Positions 36,744 through 46,625 of a stretch of 64,000 bases of DNA are shown in pieces. Under the pieces are notes generated by a model, which ran no database searches, was not told where the DNA came from, and saw only the letters and a list, made by a program, of their open reading frames with translations. The translations under genes were made by a program, and so were the position numbers. The stretch is from Candidatus Enterousia sp. Lineage in GTDB: Bacteria > Pseudomonadota > Alphaproteobacteria > Rs-D84. The stretch is from positions 1,223 to 65,222 of the forward strand of contig JAZSDC010000032.1 of the NCBI GenBank assembly GCA_045530935.1, written 5' to 3'. How positions within the stretch are numbered: position 1 is the first letter of the stretch; every line of letters starts with the position of its first letter.

Positions 36744-37280
36744 TTATTCCTGGATGTTTGGGAATAATTCGATTGTGTTTATTGCAGATTTTATCGCAGA
36801 TGCGTGGGATTCTGGAATCTTGCCCAGTACCCAATCAGCAGGTGATATTGGTGAATCAAAATCACGTGGATGACCAATGCCAATTCGTATCCGGCGATAT
36901 TCGCGCCCAATATGGCTGTCAATCGATTTAATGCCGTTGTGACCGGCACTGGATCCGCCAATTTTTTCGTGGCAATTCCCAACGGTAATGTCCATGTCAT
37001 CATGAATTACAATAATGTTTTCAATCGGTATCTTGTAAAATGTCATTAATGCATGGACACAGGTGCCGCTGTTGTTCATGTATGTTTGTGGCTTTACAAA
37101 AATTACGCGATATTTTCCAATGTTGCAACGCGTCGTCAGACCATTTCGTTCGCTGGCCCATTTCGCCCCAGGACCCGCCAGTGCATCAACAGCAATAAAA
37201 CCAACATTGTGTCGCGTGTTGGTGTATTCGGTGCCTGGATTCCCCAGACCAACCACTAAAATCGGTTTATTTTCTTGCAT
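36744..37280 (-). CDS. pth: peptidyl-tRNA hydrolase
   Basis: ILVVGLGNPGTEYTNTRHNVGF and GHNGIKS motifs. Confidence 0.95.
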   Translation of the reverse strand: MQENKPILVVGLGNPGTEYTNTRHNVGFIAVDALAGPGAKWASERNGLTTRCNIGKYRVIFVKPQTYMNNSGTCVHALMTFYKIPIENIIVIHDDMDITVGNCHEKIGGSSAGHNGIKSIDSHIGREYRRIRIGIGHPRDFDSPISPADWVLGKIPESHASAIKSAINTIELFPNIQE

Positions 37281-37325
37281 ATTAAATACCCTTTTTTTAT
37301 TATATTATCATACAAAGGAGAAAAC

Positions 37326-37877
37326 ATGAAAACAAAATCGTTTGGTATTTTTTCTGTCGCTGTGGCAATGATGTTTGGTGGCGCAGCAAATGCAAATCTG
37401 ATATTCGATATTTATGGCGGCGCAACATATGGAATTGGTGCGCATACATTGTTGGCAGATGATAATGATGTATCAAAATCTGCCCAGGCATATGGGGCGA
37501 TTTTTGGGGTCGATATTCCTTTGTTTCGATTGGAATTAGAATATAATTATCTGGATTCTGATAAATTGACAACTAATTTGGGAATGGTAAATGCATATTT
37601 TAAAGTCCCAACACCATTGTTGAAACCATATATCGGGGCGGGTGTCGGTACGACTTTTGATGGTAAATATATGCCGGTAAAATCTGTCGATGTGGATACA
37701 GATGATGTCATCGCATATCAGGGGATGTTGGGGTTGACACTAAATCTGCCGGTGTTGCCATTTAATGTCGATGTCGAAGGGCGGGTTTTGTATGCGCCTG
37801 ATATGTTCCGCTATGAAAATAATGATGTCGATTTGTTGCAATATGATGCTAGAATCAAGTTGCGCTATGTGTTTTAA
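37326..37877 (+). CDS. small outer-membrane beta-barrel protein (OmpA-like/OMP_b-brl family)
   Basis: AAGGAG SD, signal peptide ..GGAANA, alternating beta-strand pattern, terminal YVF. Confidence 0.75.
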   Translation: MKTKSFGIFSVAVAMMFGGAANANLIFDIYGGATYGIGAHTLLADDNDVSKSAQAYGAIFGVDIPLFRLELEYNYLDSDKLTTNLGMVNAYFKVPTPLLKPYIGAGVGTTFDGKYMPVKSVDVDTDDVIAYQGMLGLTLNLPVLPFNVDVEGRVLYAPDMFRYENNDVDLLQYDARIKLRYVF

Positions 37878-37926
37878 TTGATACTTAGTGCGCCCCATAA
37901 TTAACCAAAATTAAAAGACGCAATAA

Positions 37927-40698
37927 ATGTTAACGCTGATTGATGGAAATTCTTTGTTGTTTCGGGCTTATTATGGGGTGCATGCACGATTGACGCGTGC
38001 AGATGGAACGCCAACAGGCGCAGTGTATGGTTTCTTGAATATGATTTTGCCGGTGTTGGCAAATGCAGAACCAGGTGATGAATTTGTCTGCGTTTTTGAT
38101 TCGTCGCGTATATCTTTTCGCCAGGATATTTACCCACAGTATAAAATGAACCGTTCCGAAACACCCCCTGATTTAATCGCCCAGGGCGGAATTATTCAGG
38201 CGGCGCTGGCGGCGATGGGAATGCCTGTGCTGTGTGTTCCAGGTGTCGAAGCAGACGATGTTATTGCAACGCTGGCAACAAAAAATTGTAATCGGGTTAA
38301 TGCAACGCGTATCATTTCTAGTGATAAAGATTTAATGCAGTTGGTGTCTGATTGCGTTTTCTTGTACGATGGTATGAAGGCACGTGAAATTCGTGAAGCC
38401 GAAGTCTTGGAAAAATTCGGGGTTAAACCATCCCAGGTAATCGATGTCCAGGCGCTGATGGGGGATGCGTCCGATAATGTGCCAGGGGTGCCAGGAATTG
38501 GACCTAAGAAAGCGGCAGAACTGATAAATCAATTTGGGTCGGTGGATAATCTGTATGATTGTCTGGATGATGTACAAAATGAACGAATTCGTGGGTTGCT
38601 GCGCGATAATCGTGAAATGGCGTTCGTGTCAAAAAAATTAGTGACACTAAAAAAAGATGTCGATTTGTCCGAATTAAAGCTGGGGCCGTTTGTGTTTAAC
38701 AAGGCTGCGATTATCGATTTTATCGCAAAATATATAGAAAGTAAGTCTTTGATTGCAAAGATAGAGAAAATTTTCCCAAATGCGGTTGCAGATGTTCCAG
38801 AGGGATTTTTTTCTTTCCCAGCAAATGCATGTGGTTTGCAGTTTGAAAGAGAAATAAAGCCGGTAAATCAGCCAAAATTTGAATTTAATTGTGAATTGAT
38901 AACGACTGTTTCGGCGCTGGAAACTTTTTTAGCGCGTGTAGATAAGGTTTTGGCACTGGATACAGAAACAACAGGTTTGAACCAAATGGCGGATAAAATC
39001 GTTGGGATATCTTTGGCGGTTGATAAATCTGATGGTGCCTATATCCCAATACGGCACAGGGGTGAGGCTGATGACTTGTTCGCAGACGGACAAAACCACT
39101 TGGGGCAGTTGGATATTAATACGGTGTATCAGAAATTGTGGCCTGTGCTGGTAAATCCAGATGTTGTTAAAATTGGACATAATCTGAAATATGATTTCCA
39201 TATACTGGAAAACGAGGGGTGGCAAACATCACAGATTGCACCGATTGATGATACAATGCTGTTGTCATATGCATTGAATGGCAGTGCCCATGGACATGGT
39301 TTAGATGAATTGGCGTTGAAATACCTGGGACACGAAAATATCAAGTTTTCTTCATTGTTTCCGGCAAAAACGCGTGATGCGGATATGCATTTCGATTTGC
39401 TGCCATTGCAAGATGCGTGCGCGTATGCGGGGGAAGATGCCTGTGTCTGTCGTGCGTTGTATGATATTATGCGGCCTGAATTAGATTCTGATTGTAAATT
39501 GCGTGATTTGTATGATACATGTGATTTGCCGTTAATGCCAATCCTGTTAAAGATGGAGCGCGCCGGTGTGCAGGTCGACAGACAAAAATTAAATAACTTG
39601 TCTGTTGTTTTTCATAATCAGTTGCAAATTTTGTCTGATGAAATTTGGGGGTATGCAGGACATCAATTTAATATCGCCAGCCCAAAGCAGTTGGGGATGG
39701 TGTTGTTTGATGAAATGGGATTGCCAGCAAATAAAAAGCGGTCAACAGATGCGGATGCACTGGGGGAACTGCAAGAACAACATCCAATTGTTGAAAAGAT
39801 TTTAAATTGGCGCTCGGTTGCAAAGCTGGCAGGGACATACGCGGACGCATTGCCGCGGCAAATCGCGTCGGATGGGCGAATCCATACAACTTATTTACAG
39901 ACCAGTACCAATACAGGGCGCTTGTCTAGCCGAGAACCAAATTTGCAAAATATTCCAGTGAAGACAGCGCTGGGGGAAGAAATCAGAAAATGTTTTGTCG
40001 CGGATGCGGATTCTGTATTAATTTCTGTGGATTATTCTCAGATACAATTAAGACTGTTGGCGGATATTGCAGATATTAAGACCTTTAAGGATACTTTTAA
40101 TGCGGGTGCAGATATCCATGAACAGACCGCGCGTAAGATTTTTAATATTCCTGATGGTTCAGACGTTTTAAAAGAGCAAAGACGTGCTGCTAAAACAGTG
40201 AATTTTTCAATTATTTATGGTATTTCTTCGTTTGGTTTGGCTGCGCAATTGGGGGTGTCGCGACATCAAGCTAAAGAAGTTATTGATTCTTATATGCGGG
40301 GATTGCCAGAAATTCAGGACTATATTGAAAGAACAAAACAGTTTGCGCTGGAACATGCATGTGTTTATACCCCATGGGGGCGACGTATTGAATTGGCAGA
40401 AGTTAAAAATCCACGTATGCGCAGTTATGCGTTGCGGGCTGCGATAAATGCGCCAATCCAGGGGTTCGAAGCAGATTTAATGCGGCGTGCAATGATTGCA
40501 GTAGATAAAAATATTGTTCAGAAAAATCAGGATAAAATTCGTATGATTATGCAGGTGCATGATGAAATGGTTTTTGAATGTAAAAAAGATTGTGCCGATT
40601 CCATGGCAGGACAAATAAAGTCTGTTATGGAAAATATTGCGCACCTGTCTGTTCCATTGGTGGCTGAGTTTACAATTGCACCTGTTTGGGGAAAATAG
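37927..40698 (+). CDS. polA: DNA polymerase I
   Basis: 923 aa. 5'-nuclease N-terminus (LIDGNSLLFRAYY), 3'-5' exo (LALDTETTGL), pol motifs (RRAAKTVNFSIIYG, QVHDE). Confidence 0.95.
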   Translation: MLTLIDGNSLLFRAYYGVHARLTRADGTPTGAVYGFLNMILPVLANAEPGDEFVCVFDSSRISFRQDIYPQYKMNRSETPPDLIAQGGIIQAALAAMGMPVLCVPGVEADDVIATLATKNCNRVNATRIISSDKDLMQLVSDCVFLYDGMKAREIREAEVLEKFGVKPSQVIDVQALMGDASDNVPGVPGIGPKKAAELINQFGSVDNLYDCLDDVQNERIRGLLRDNREMAFVSKKLVTLKKDVDLSELKLGPFVFNKAAIIDFIAKYIESKSLIAKIEKIFPNAVADVPEGFFSFPANACGLQFEREIKPVNQPKFEFNCELITTVSALETFLARVDKVLALDTETTGLNQMADKIVGISLAVDKSDGAYIPIRHRGEADDLFADGQNHLGQLDINTVYQKLWPVLVNPDVVKIGHNLKYDFHILENEGWQTSQIAPIDDTMLLSYALNGSAHGHGLDELALKYLGHENIKFSSLFPAKTRDADMHFDLLPLQDACAYAGEDACVCRALYDIMRPELDSDCKLRDLYDTCDLPLMPILLKMERAGVQVDRQKLNNLSVVFHNQLQILSDEIWGYAGHQFNIASPKQLGMVLFDEMGLPANKKRSTDADALGELQEQHPIVEKILNWRSVAKLAGTYADALPRQIASDGRIHTTYLQTSTNTGRLSSREPNLQNIPVKTALGEEIRKCFVADADSVLISVDYSQIQLRLLADIADIKTFKDTFNAGADIHEQTARKIFNIPDGSDVLKEQRRAAKTVNFSIIYGISSFGLAAQLGVSRHQAKEVIDSYMRGLPEIQDYIERTKQFALEHACVYTPWGRRIELAEVKNPRMRSYALRAAINAPIQGFEADLMRRAMIAVDKNIVQKNQDKIRMIMQVHDEMVFECKKDCADSMAGQIKSVMENIAHLSVPLVAEFTIAPVWGK

Positions 40699-40701
40699 TT
40701 T

Positions 40702-41175
40702 TTATTTTTCTTTTCCTGATAGTTCTGCGATTTGTTTTTTTATGATTTCATTGTTGTTGCGCAGAATTATTTGATGGTCTTGGCGCGCTTTGATAAAGTT
40801 TATCAGGCTAAAAAAGCTGTTTTCACGTTTTTTACGCAGTAAACGTTTGATGAAATTATCTGATTTTTGTTCGCCTGGGGCAACGGGATGGTTGCTGGTG
40901 TATGTTTTAATATGTTTGCCGTTGCAGTACAGTGTTATAACCCCATGTGGACCACGTTTTATAGAATATTCGTATTCAGGTGTGGTGTATGGAATATTCT
41001 TTTTTATTATGTGTGATATGCCATCTGTTGGTGCATAAATCGTTAACAGATATGAACGTCCTGGGAATGTTTTTATTAAATTTATGGTATCTGATTTTAG
41101 TATTGTTGTATCTTGGTCAGTGATAAAAGAAAGCGCAATATTATATACGTCTTCAATTGTAGCTGTTGTTGTCAT
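40702..41175 (-). CDS. hypothetical 157-aa protein
   Basis: ORF convergent with polA. No recognisable motif. Confidence 0.6.
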   Translation of the reverse strand: MTTTATIEDVYNIALSFITDQDTTILKSDTINLIKTFPGRSYLLTIYAPTDGISHIIKKNIPYTTPEYEYSIKRGPHGVITLYCNGKHIKTYTSNHPVAPGEQKSDNFIKRLLRKKRENSFFSLINFIKARQDHQIILRNNNEIIKKQIAELSGKEK

Positions 41176-41260
41176 TTGTGCACCATTTTCTAATATTATT
41201 GTTTTTAGTTTAATTCAGTATAATTCTTTTGTCAAATTGATAGTTTTGGTGGGGCGAATG

Positions 41261-41288
41261 AAAAAATACCGCCCACAGGGCGGATGTT
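41261..41288 (-). terminator. rho-independent terminator of 41287..42123
   Basis: Minus strand: ccgccc-tgtg-ggcgg followed by tattttttc. Confidence 0.7.
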
Positions 41289-42123
41289 ATTCGGTTGTTT
41301 TGTTTTCAAACGCTTCAAGGCAGGATACCATATTGTCTTCTAGTTTTGAAATTTCTTTAATTTGGGCCTTGGTAAAATTGTTTGCTATAAATGCAGAAGC
41401 GTTGGATGCGATGATTAATGCGTTTGTGGCGATATTTAATTGTTTTTCTTTTTTTTCATCGTCACTTTCGCGAACTTTTTTTGTATTTGCCAGGGCAGAT
41501 GTTATTGTGCCTGCTAGCCCAATTGTCGCCCCGATACCGTTGGTTATGGTGGCGCTGGTTGATTTTTTATTAATTAGATTAATGTTTACTGTGCCAATAT
41601 TTTCGCAGTTTTTTATAATTTGTTCCGCTCTTTTTATATCAGCTGCTGGGGTGCCTGATATATGTGCCTGCGTACGACTGCGCGATAAATCATTGACGGC
41701 GGTTTTGCAATTATTGATCAAATTTTTTAAATGCTTGTCAATGCGTGTTCTTGCTGATTGGATTGCACCTGAAGTATGTGTTATTGTGATGCCTGCTGTG
41801 CCAACAGTACGTAGATTCTTGAATGTGACATTCAGCTCATCCTCCAGCCCATCATCTTTTCCCCTGTATGGATTGTAATTAGTTTCTTCTATTTTTTGTA
41901 TAAGTTTTGGAAATAGCTGGAATAAATATATTCCGATTGACATAGCATAGACAGCGGAATTTGTGCTTTGTTGGCTATCTAATTTGTCATGAAAGTTTTC
42001 AATATCTTTTCCAAAATCAGTGATGCATTTTTCGTGAACATTTTGTATTGCAGTGGACAGATTGTCAGATGCATTGGCAATGCCGCACCATATGGCAAGT
42101 GGTATAAATAGATATTTTTTCAT
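41287..42123 (-). CDS. secreted alpha-helical protein with a Gly-rich hydrophobic helical hairpin; paralog of 2..679
   Basis: Signal peptide MKKYLFIPLAIWCGIANA. Two hydrophobic helices (GIGATIGLAGTITSALANT / NIATNALIIASNASAFIANNF) separated by the charged loop KKVRESDDEKKEKQ. Confidence 0.8.
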   Translation of the reverse strand: MKKYLFIPLAIWCGIANASDNLSTAIQNVHEKCITDFGKDIENFHDKLDSQQSTNSAVYAMSIGIYLFQLFPKLIQKIEETNYNPYRGKDDGLEDELNVTFKNLRTVGTAGITITHTSGAIQSARTRIDKHLKNLINNCKTAVNDLSRSRTQAHISGTPAADIKRAEQIIKNCENIGTVNINLINKKSTSATITNGIGATIGLAGTITSALANTKKVRESDDEKKEKQLNIATNALIIASNASAFIANNFTKAQIKEISKLEDNMVSCLEAFENKTTE

Positions 42124-42225
42124 TTTTCTATTCCTGATAATATTTTAATATATTTGTGTGTATTTTATCATATGTTCGCGAAAAAAACAAAAAATATTGT
42201 ACATATTGATTGTACTTATAGTTGC

Positions 42226-42417
42226 GGTTTTAATTTTGGTGGCGGCTCGTCGGACTGTATATTCCCATAATCGCTTTCGCTCTATGGGCCCCTTTCACTA
42301 CGTAAGGTTCAAACTGCGCGCGTGTGGACGCTTGTTTTCACCAACTGACGTTCCGAACTGGTCGGTCCTTCGTCCAACCAGACCAAAATAAAAACCACCA
42401 TTTGGTGGTTTTAATTC
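42226..42417 (-). repeat. tRNA-linked element E1: terminator, ~100-nt core with hairpin, and a diverged copy of the tRNA-Leu 3' end
   Basis: ggttttaatt-t-tggtggcggctcgtcggact (42226..42256) repeats ggttttaatt-c-tggtggccctggtcggact (42407..42436). The core is homologous to 58057..58142. Confidence 0.7.
42390..42411 (-). terminator. rho-independent terminator of tRNA-Leu(CAA)
   Basis: Minus strand: aaaccacca-aat-ggtggttt plus ttatttt. Confidence 0.8.
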
Positions 42418-42502
42418 TGGTGGCCCTGGTCGGACTCGAACCGACACTCATTGCTGAACTTGATTTTGAGTCAAGCGCGTCTACCAATTCCGCCACGGGG
42501 CC
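42418..42502 (-). tRNA. tRNA-Leu (anticodon CAA)
   Basis: 85-nt type II tRNA. GGCGGAATTGGTAGACGC D-arm, anticodon loop CTCAAAA, long variable arm, T-loop GTTCGAG, encoded CCA. One C:A mismatch in the acceptor stem. Confidence 0.9.
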
Positions 42503-42521
42503 AAAAGCACAAGCCGTTTAT

Positions 42522-42890
42522 TTAAGCGGCTTGTTTCGCTTCAACTTTTTTGACCAAACGCGCGCTGCGGTTTGCCTTGTGTACGGGCTTTTTTGCAGGT
42601 GCGGCTGGTTTGCCAGCTTTCTTTTCAATGGCTTTTTTGATTGCAGCCATCTCGCTGGTTAAACGTGATACAGGTTTTGACATTACATATCCATCCAGAC
42701 CGCCATGCTTGGTCAATGTGCGCAAGCCAGCAGTTGAAATGCGTAATGAAAAATCGCGTCCCAAAATATCACTGTGGAATTTTAATGTTTGCAGATTTGG
42801 CAAGAATGTACGTTTTGTACGACGATGAGAGTGGGAAACATTCATCCCAACTTCTGTTTTCTTACCTGTAACTTTACATACACGTGGCAT
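42522..42890 (-). CDS. rpmB: 50S ribosomal protein L28 with a Lys/Ala-rich C-terminal extension
   Basis: MPRVCKVTGKKTEVGMNVSHSHRRTKRTFLPNLQ is canonical L28. 122 aa in total. Confidence 0.9.
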   Translation of the reverse strand: MPRVCKVTGKKTEVGMNVSHSHRRTKRTFLPNLQTLKFHSDILGRDFSLRISTAGLRTLTKHGGLDGYVMSKPVSRLTSEMAAIKKAIEKKAGKPAAPAKKPVHKANRSARLVKKVEAKQAA

Positions 42891-42946
42891 AATACTTAAC
42901 CTTTAATTAATAGCGACGCTAAATTTATAACAAAAATAAGGAAAAG

Positions 42947-44401
42947 TCAAGCAATCTTTTCATTTTTTTGTTCAATTACTGTGTGCGCCGTGTTTATCAG
43001 GTCTGTGATAACCTTTACAGGTGTGAATGTTGATAATGGTGTTTCAACAAAAATTGTGTTCCATTTTGCCATTGCGCCATTCCACAGACCGGGGCGTTCC
43101 ATTGCACGCAGTGGACGACCGTTTTTAGATTTGTCTGATATAAAACCAGTGGTCATGTCTACGTAATCGTTTAGATTGAATTTGTTGCCGTTTATATCGC
43201 GTGGCATACAGACAATATCTGTTGGACTGAAAAATTCGCCATTGTGCAAGATGTGTTTTTGTGCGTCTGAAATTTGTCCAGGTTCTACAATTTGCAGGCT
43301 GATGCGATTGTCGCAGCTGTGTGTCCAGAATGGTCCGCCACCGGGTTCTCCGGTATTCTTTATTATGCCGCATATACGTAATGGGCGATTTAATATTGCG
43401 CGCAGGTTATCTTGGTCATTAACTTGAATCCCCAGGTTTGTATTTATGTATGTTTTGATTTCATTTATGTCTGCGGTGTTGTTATCAATCGCACGGATAA
43501 AATCAAATATTTGTTTTTGGACTTTTATTGCCAATCCTGCCAGTGCGCATTTATGAAATATGGTGTCGGCGCGTGCGCTTTCAGGACAAACATTGTCAAT
43601 ATTTTTTATAAATATTATATCAGCATCAATGTCATTCAAATTTTGAATTAAGGCGCCGTGACCTGCCGGGCGAAACAGTAGCGTACCGTCGTCATTTCTA
43701 AATGGCGTGTTGTCCAGGTTGACGGCAATTGTATCTGTTTCTGGTTTTTGGGATGATATAGAAATGTTGTATTTTACCCCAAAAAGCGATTCGTATTCTG
43801 GAACTATTTTTTCAAATAATTCGAGAAAGCCAGATGTGTGTTCTGGGGATACGGTAAAGTGCAGATTGACAGTATTGTTTGTGCGTGCGTATTGGGCCCC
43901 TTCGACCAGATGTTCTGCCACAGCGGTGCGATTAAATGTATTATATTTATGGAATTGTATTAATCCTTTTGGGGCGTTGCCATAGTTTAATCCACGTTCT
44001 GTGATTATACATTCAATAATGTCGTGTGGCGTTGGATTATCTGGTAAATACTGCTTTAAATCGTGATAAAATGCGAAGTTTTCAAGGTTTTCCAGAACTG
44101 TTTGGGTTGTTTTGTTTATTGTGCCTGTGGACAAGAATTCAAATAAATCTTTGAACATTCTGGTCGCAGCCCCAGATGCAGGAATAAATTTAACAATTTT
44201 AAATTTATTGCAGTTTTCATGGTAGTATTTGACATATGTTTCATCTAGCATTGGAATCACGCCATTGTTTATAGTGGCGGCAGATATGATTTTTGTAAAA
44301 GGGAAACCTGTTTTAAAGTTATCTAGTTGTTCTTGTACAATGTCAATGGTTAGACCGTGATTTTGGATTTGAGAAATATCTATGGGACTGAAATTTGACA
44401 T
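42947..44401 (-). CDS. DUF4301-like protein (UDP-sugar pyrophosphorylase-like fold)
   Basis: 484 aa. N-terminal DISQIQNHGLTIDIVQEQLDNFKTGFPF and KFIPASGAATRMFKDLFEFL blocks, as I recall them for DUF4301. Confidence 0.6.
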   Translation of the reverse strand: MSNFSPIDISQIQNHGLTIDIVQEQLDNFKTGFPFTKIISAATINNGVIPMLDETYVKYYHENCNKFKIVKFIPASGAATRMFKDLFEFLSTGTINKTTQTVLENLENFAFYHDLKQYLPDNPTPHDIIECIITERGLNYGNAPKGLIQFHKYNTFNRTAVAEHLVEGAQYARTNNTVNLHFTVSPEHTSGFLELFEKIVPEYESLFGVKYNISISSQKPETDTIAVNLDNTPFRNDDGTLLFRPAGHGALIQNLNDIDADIIFIKNIDNVCPESARADTIFHKCALAGLAIKVQKQIFDFIRAIDNNTADINEIKTYINTNLGIQVNDQDNLRAILNRPLRICGIIKNTGEPGGGPFWTHSCDNRISLQIVEPGQISDAQKHILHNGEFFSPTDIVCMPRDINGNKFNLNDYVDMTTGFISDKSKNGRPLRAMERPGLWNGAMAKWNTIFVETPLSTFTPVKVITDLINTAHTVIEQKNEKIA

Positions 44402-44478
44402 TTGTTATCCTTTTTCTGTGATAATAAAACAATTTTGTTGGCAGCGCAAGCCGTGTAGGGGGGGATTCGTTCCTGTGT

Positions 44479-44508
44479 CTTGAAAGGTGCTTTTGTGGCA
44501 CTATATAT
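44479..44508 (+). promoter_or_regulatory. RpoH (sigma32)-type heat-shock promoter of clpB
   Basis: CTTGAAA, then CTATATAT 18 nt after CTTG. 28 nt upstream of the ATG. Confidence 0.65.
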
Positions 44509-44536
44509 TAGAGGACAAAACACAAGGAGTTATTTG

Positions 44537-46594
44537 ATGAATCCAGATGATTTACAAGAAACGCCTGCCCAAGCAATAGAAAAATATACGACTGATTTTA
44601 CAAAGCTGGCAGCAGATGGGAAATTAGACCCAGTAATTGGGCGTGATGAAGAAATTCGTCGCGCAATTCAGGTGTTAAGTCGCCGTACTAAAAATAACCC
44701 AGTGCTGATTGGTAATCCTGGGGTTGGTAAAACTGCGATTGTTGAAGGGTTGGCGAATCGCATTATTTCTGGCGATGTACCAGAAAACTTGCTGAAAAAG
44801 CAATTGTTAAGCCTGGATATGGGGGCGCTGATGGCGGGGGCGTCGTTTCGCGGGCAGTTTGAAGGCCGTTTAAAGGCGATACTGAAAGCTGTCAAGGAGG
44901 CCGATGGTAAAATAATTTTGTTCATTGATGAATTGCATACCTTGGTTGGAGCAGGTAAGGGCGAAGGTAGTATGGATGCGGCGAATTTATTAAAGCCAAT
45001 GTTGGCGCGTGGTGAGTTGCACTGTCTGGGGGCGACAACATTGGATGAATATCGTCAATATATTGAAAAAGACCCAGCGTTGGCGCGCCGGTTTCAACCG
45101 GTATATGTTGATGAACCAACGGTTGATGATACGATTTCAATATTGCGTGGGCTGAAAGAAAAATACGAAGGACATCATGGTGTGCGAATCGCGGATGCGG
45201 CACTGGTGTCGGCGGTAAAGTTATCGAATCGGTATATCACGGACAGATTCTTGCCGGACAAGGCGATTGATTTGATTGACGAAGCAGCCGCACGTGTGCG
45301 AATCGAAGTCGCGTCTAAACCAGACAGGTTGGATGAAGTTGACAGACATTTGATGCAACTGAAAATTGAACAGCAGGCGTTGAAAAAAGAAAAAGATGAA
45401 GAATCAAAAAAACGCTTGAAAGATTTAGAGAATATTATCGCTGGGGTCGAGGCAGAATCAAAAACGCTGACCGCAGATTGGCAGGCAGAACAGCAAAAGA
45501 TGCGCGGTCTGTCAGATGCGATGGCTGCATTGGATGCAGCCAAGGCCGAAGTTGCAACCGCAATGCGTAATGGTGACTATGAAAAGGCGTCGGCATTGCA
45601 ATATGGCAAAATTCCAGAACTGGAAGAAAAAATTGCCGAAATGAATGCAGATGCACGTGAATACAAGACGGTTTTACCAGAACATATTGCCGCAGTAGTC
45701 AGTAAATGGACAGGTGTTCCTGCGGACAGATTGAATGCAGAAGAGCAATCAAAACTGATGAATATAGAAGATGAACTGCGCAAGCGTGTTGTTGGTCAAG
45801 ATCATGCGTTGGGGGTAATTGCGCGTGCGATTCGTCGCAGTCGGGCAGGATTATCTGATCCGCGCAGACCTATGGGCAGTTTTATGTTCTTGGGACCAAC
45901 GGGTGTGGGTAAGACCGAGGTTGCCAAGGCGTTGGCGGAATACCTGTTTAATGATGATGCGGCGATGACACGAATTGATATGAGTGAATATATGGAACCA
46001 CATTCTGTGTCGCGATTGATTGGCAGTCCCCCGGGGTATGTCGGTTATGAACAGGGTGGTGTGCTGACGGAAAGTGTTCGTCGCAGACCGTATCAGGTGT
46101 TGTTGTTTGATGAAATTGAAAAGGCAAATCCAGATGTATTTAATGTATTCCTGCAGATTCTGGATGATGGGCGTTTGACCGATGGCCAGGGGCATGTTGT
46201 AAACTTTACAAACACAATCATTATCATGACCAGCAATTTGCCAGATATGGATGCGATAAAGAAAAATTTTAGACCAGAATTTGTTAACCGTATCGATGAA
46301 ATTGTATTCTTTAATCCATTGGGTAAAGATGTGATGGCAGGGATTGTTAAAATCCAACTGCGTGGTTTGGAACGGCGTTTAAATGAACGCAGAATTGAAC
46401 TGAATATCACGGACAAGGCAATCAAATGGTTGGGCGATAATGGATATGATGCCGTATTCGGTGCGCGTCCGTTAAAGCGACTGATTGTGTCGGCAGTTGA
46501 AGATAAAATTGCTGATCTGATTTTAACCGGTGCAATTGGCGAAGGTAATACCGTTTACATAGATGTCAAAGGCAAGGATTTGACAGTCGGTTAA
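44537..46594 (+). CDS. clpB: ClpB disaggregase lacking the N-terminal domain
   Basis: AAGGAG SD. Starts at the position equivalent to E. coli ClpB80 (..[21 protein letters not shown]). Two AAA modules ([16 protein letters not shown]) and a coiled-coil M domain. Confidence 0.9.
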   Translation: MNPDDLQETPAQAIEKYTTDFTKLAADGKLDPVIGRDEEIRRAIQVLSRRTKNNPVLIGNPGVGKTAIVEGLANRIISGDVPENLLKKQLLSLDMGALMAGASFRGQFEGRLKAILKAVKEADGKIILFIDELHTLVGAGKGEGSMDAANLLKPMLARGELHCLGATTLDEYRQYIEKDPALARRFQPVYVDEPTVDDTISILRGLKEKYEGHHGVRIADAALVSAVKLSNRYITDRFLPDKAIDLIDEAAARVRIEVASKPDRLDEVDRHLMQLKIEQQALKKEKDEESKKRLKDLENIIAGVEAESKTLTADWQAEQQKMRGLSDAMAALDAAKAEVATAMRNGDYEKASALQYGKIPELEEKIAEMNADAREYKTVLPEHIAAVVSKWTGVPADRLNAEEQSKLMNIEDELRKRVVGQDHALGVIARAIRRSRAGLSDPRRPMGSFMFLGPTGVGKTEVAKALAEYLFNDDAAMTRIDMSEYMEPHSVSRLIGSPPGYVGYEQGGVLTESVRRRPYQVLLFDEIEKANPDVFNVFLQILDDGRLTDGQGHVVNFTNTIIIMTSNLPDMDAIKKNFRPEFVNRIDEIVFFNPLGKDVMAGIVKIQLRGLERRLNERRIELNITDKAIKWLGDNGYDAVFGARPLKRLIVSAVEDKIADLILTGAIGEGNTVYIDVKGKDLTVG

Positions 46595-46625
46595 AAAAAC
46601 GCCCATTTGGGCGTTTTTTTTATTT
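46594..46625. terminator. bidirectional terminator
   Basis: acgccc-attt-gggcgt flanked by A7 and T8. Confidence 0.85.

Noticed and set aside
37898-37911. A CtrA-box-like TTAA..TTAA upstream of polA.
   Set aside because: The spacing is 6 nt (ttaaccaaaattaa) rather than the required 7.
42226-42417. E1/E2 as pieces of a two-piece (permuted) alphaproteobacterial tmRNA, or as tRNA pseudogenes.
   Set aside because: There is no G3:U70 acceptor pair, no T-arm preceding the CCA end, no tag-peptide reading frame (ANDN..AA type), and no complementary 5' acceptor strand. The 5' ~100 nt show no similarity to the adjacent tRNAs.
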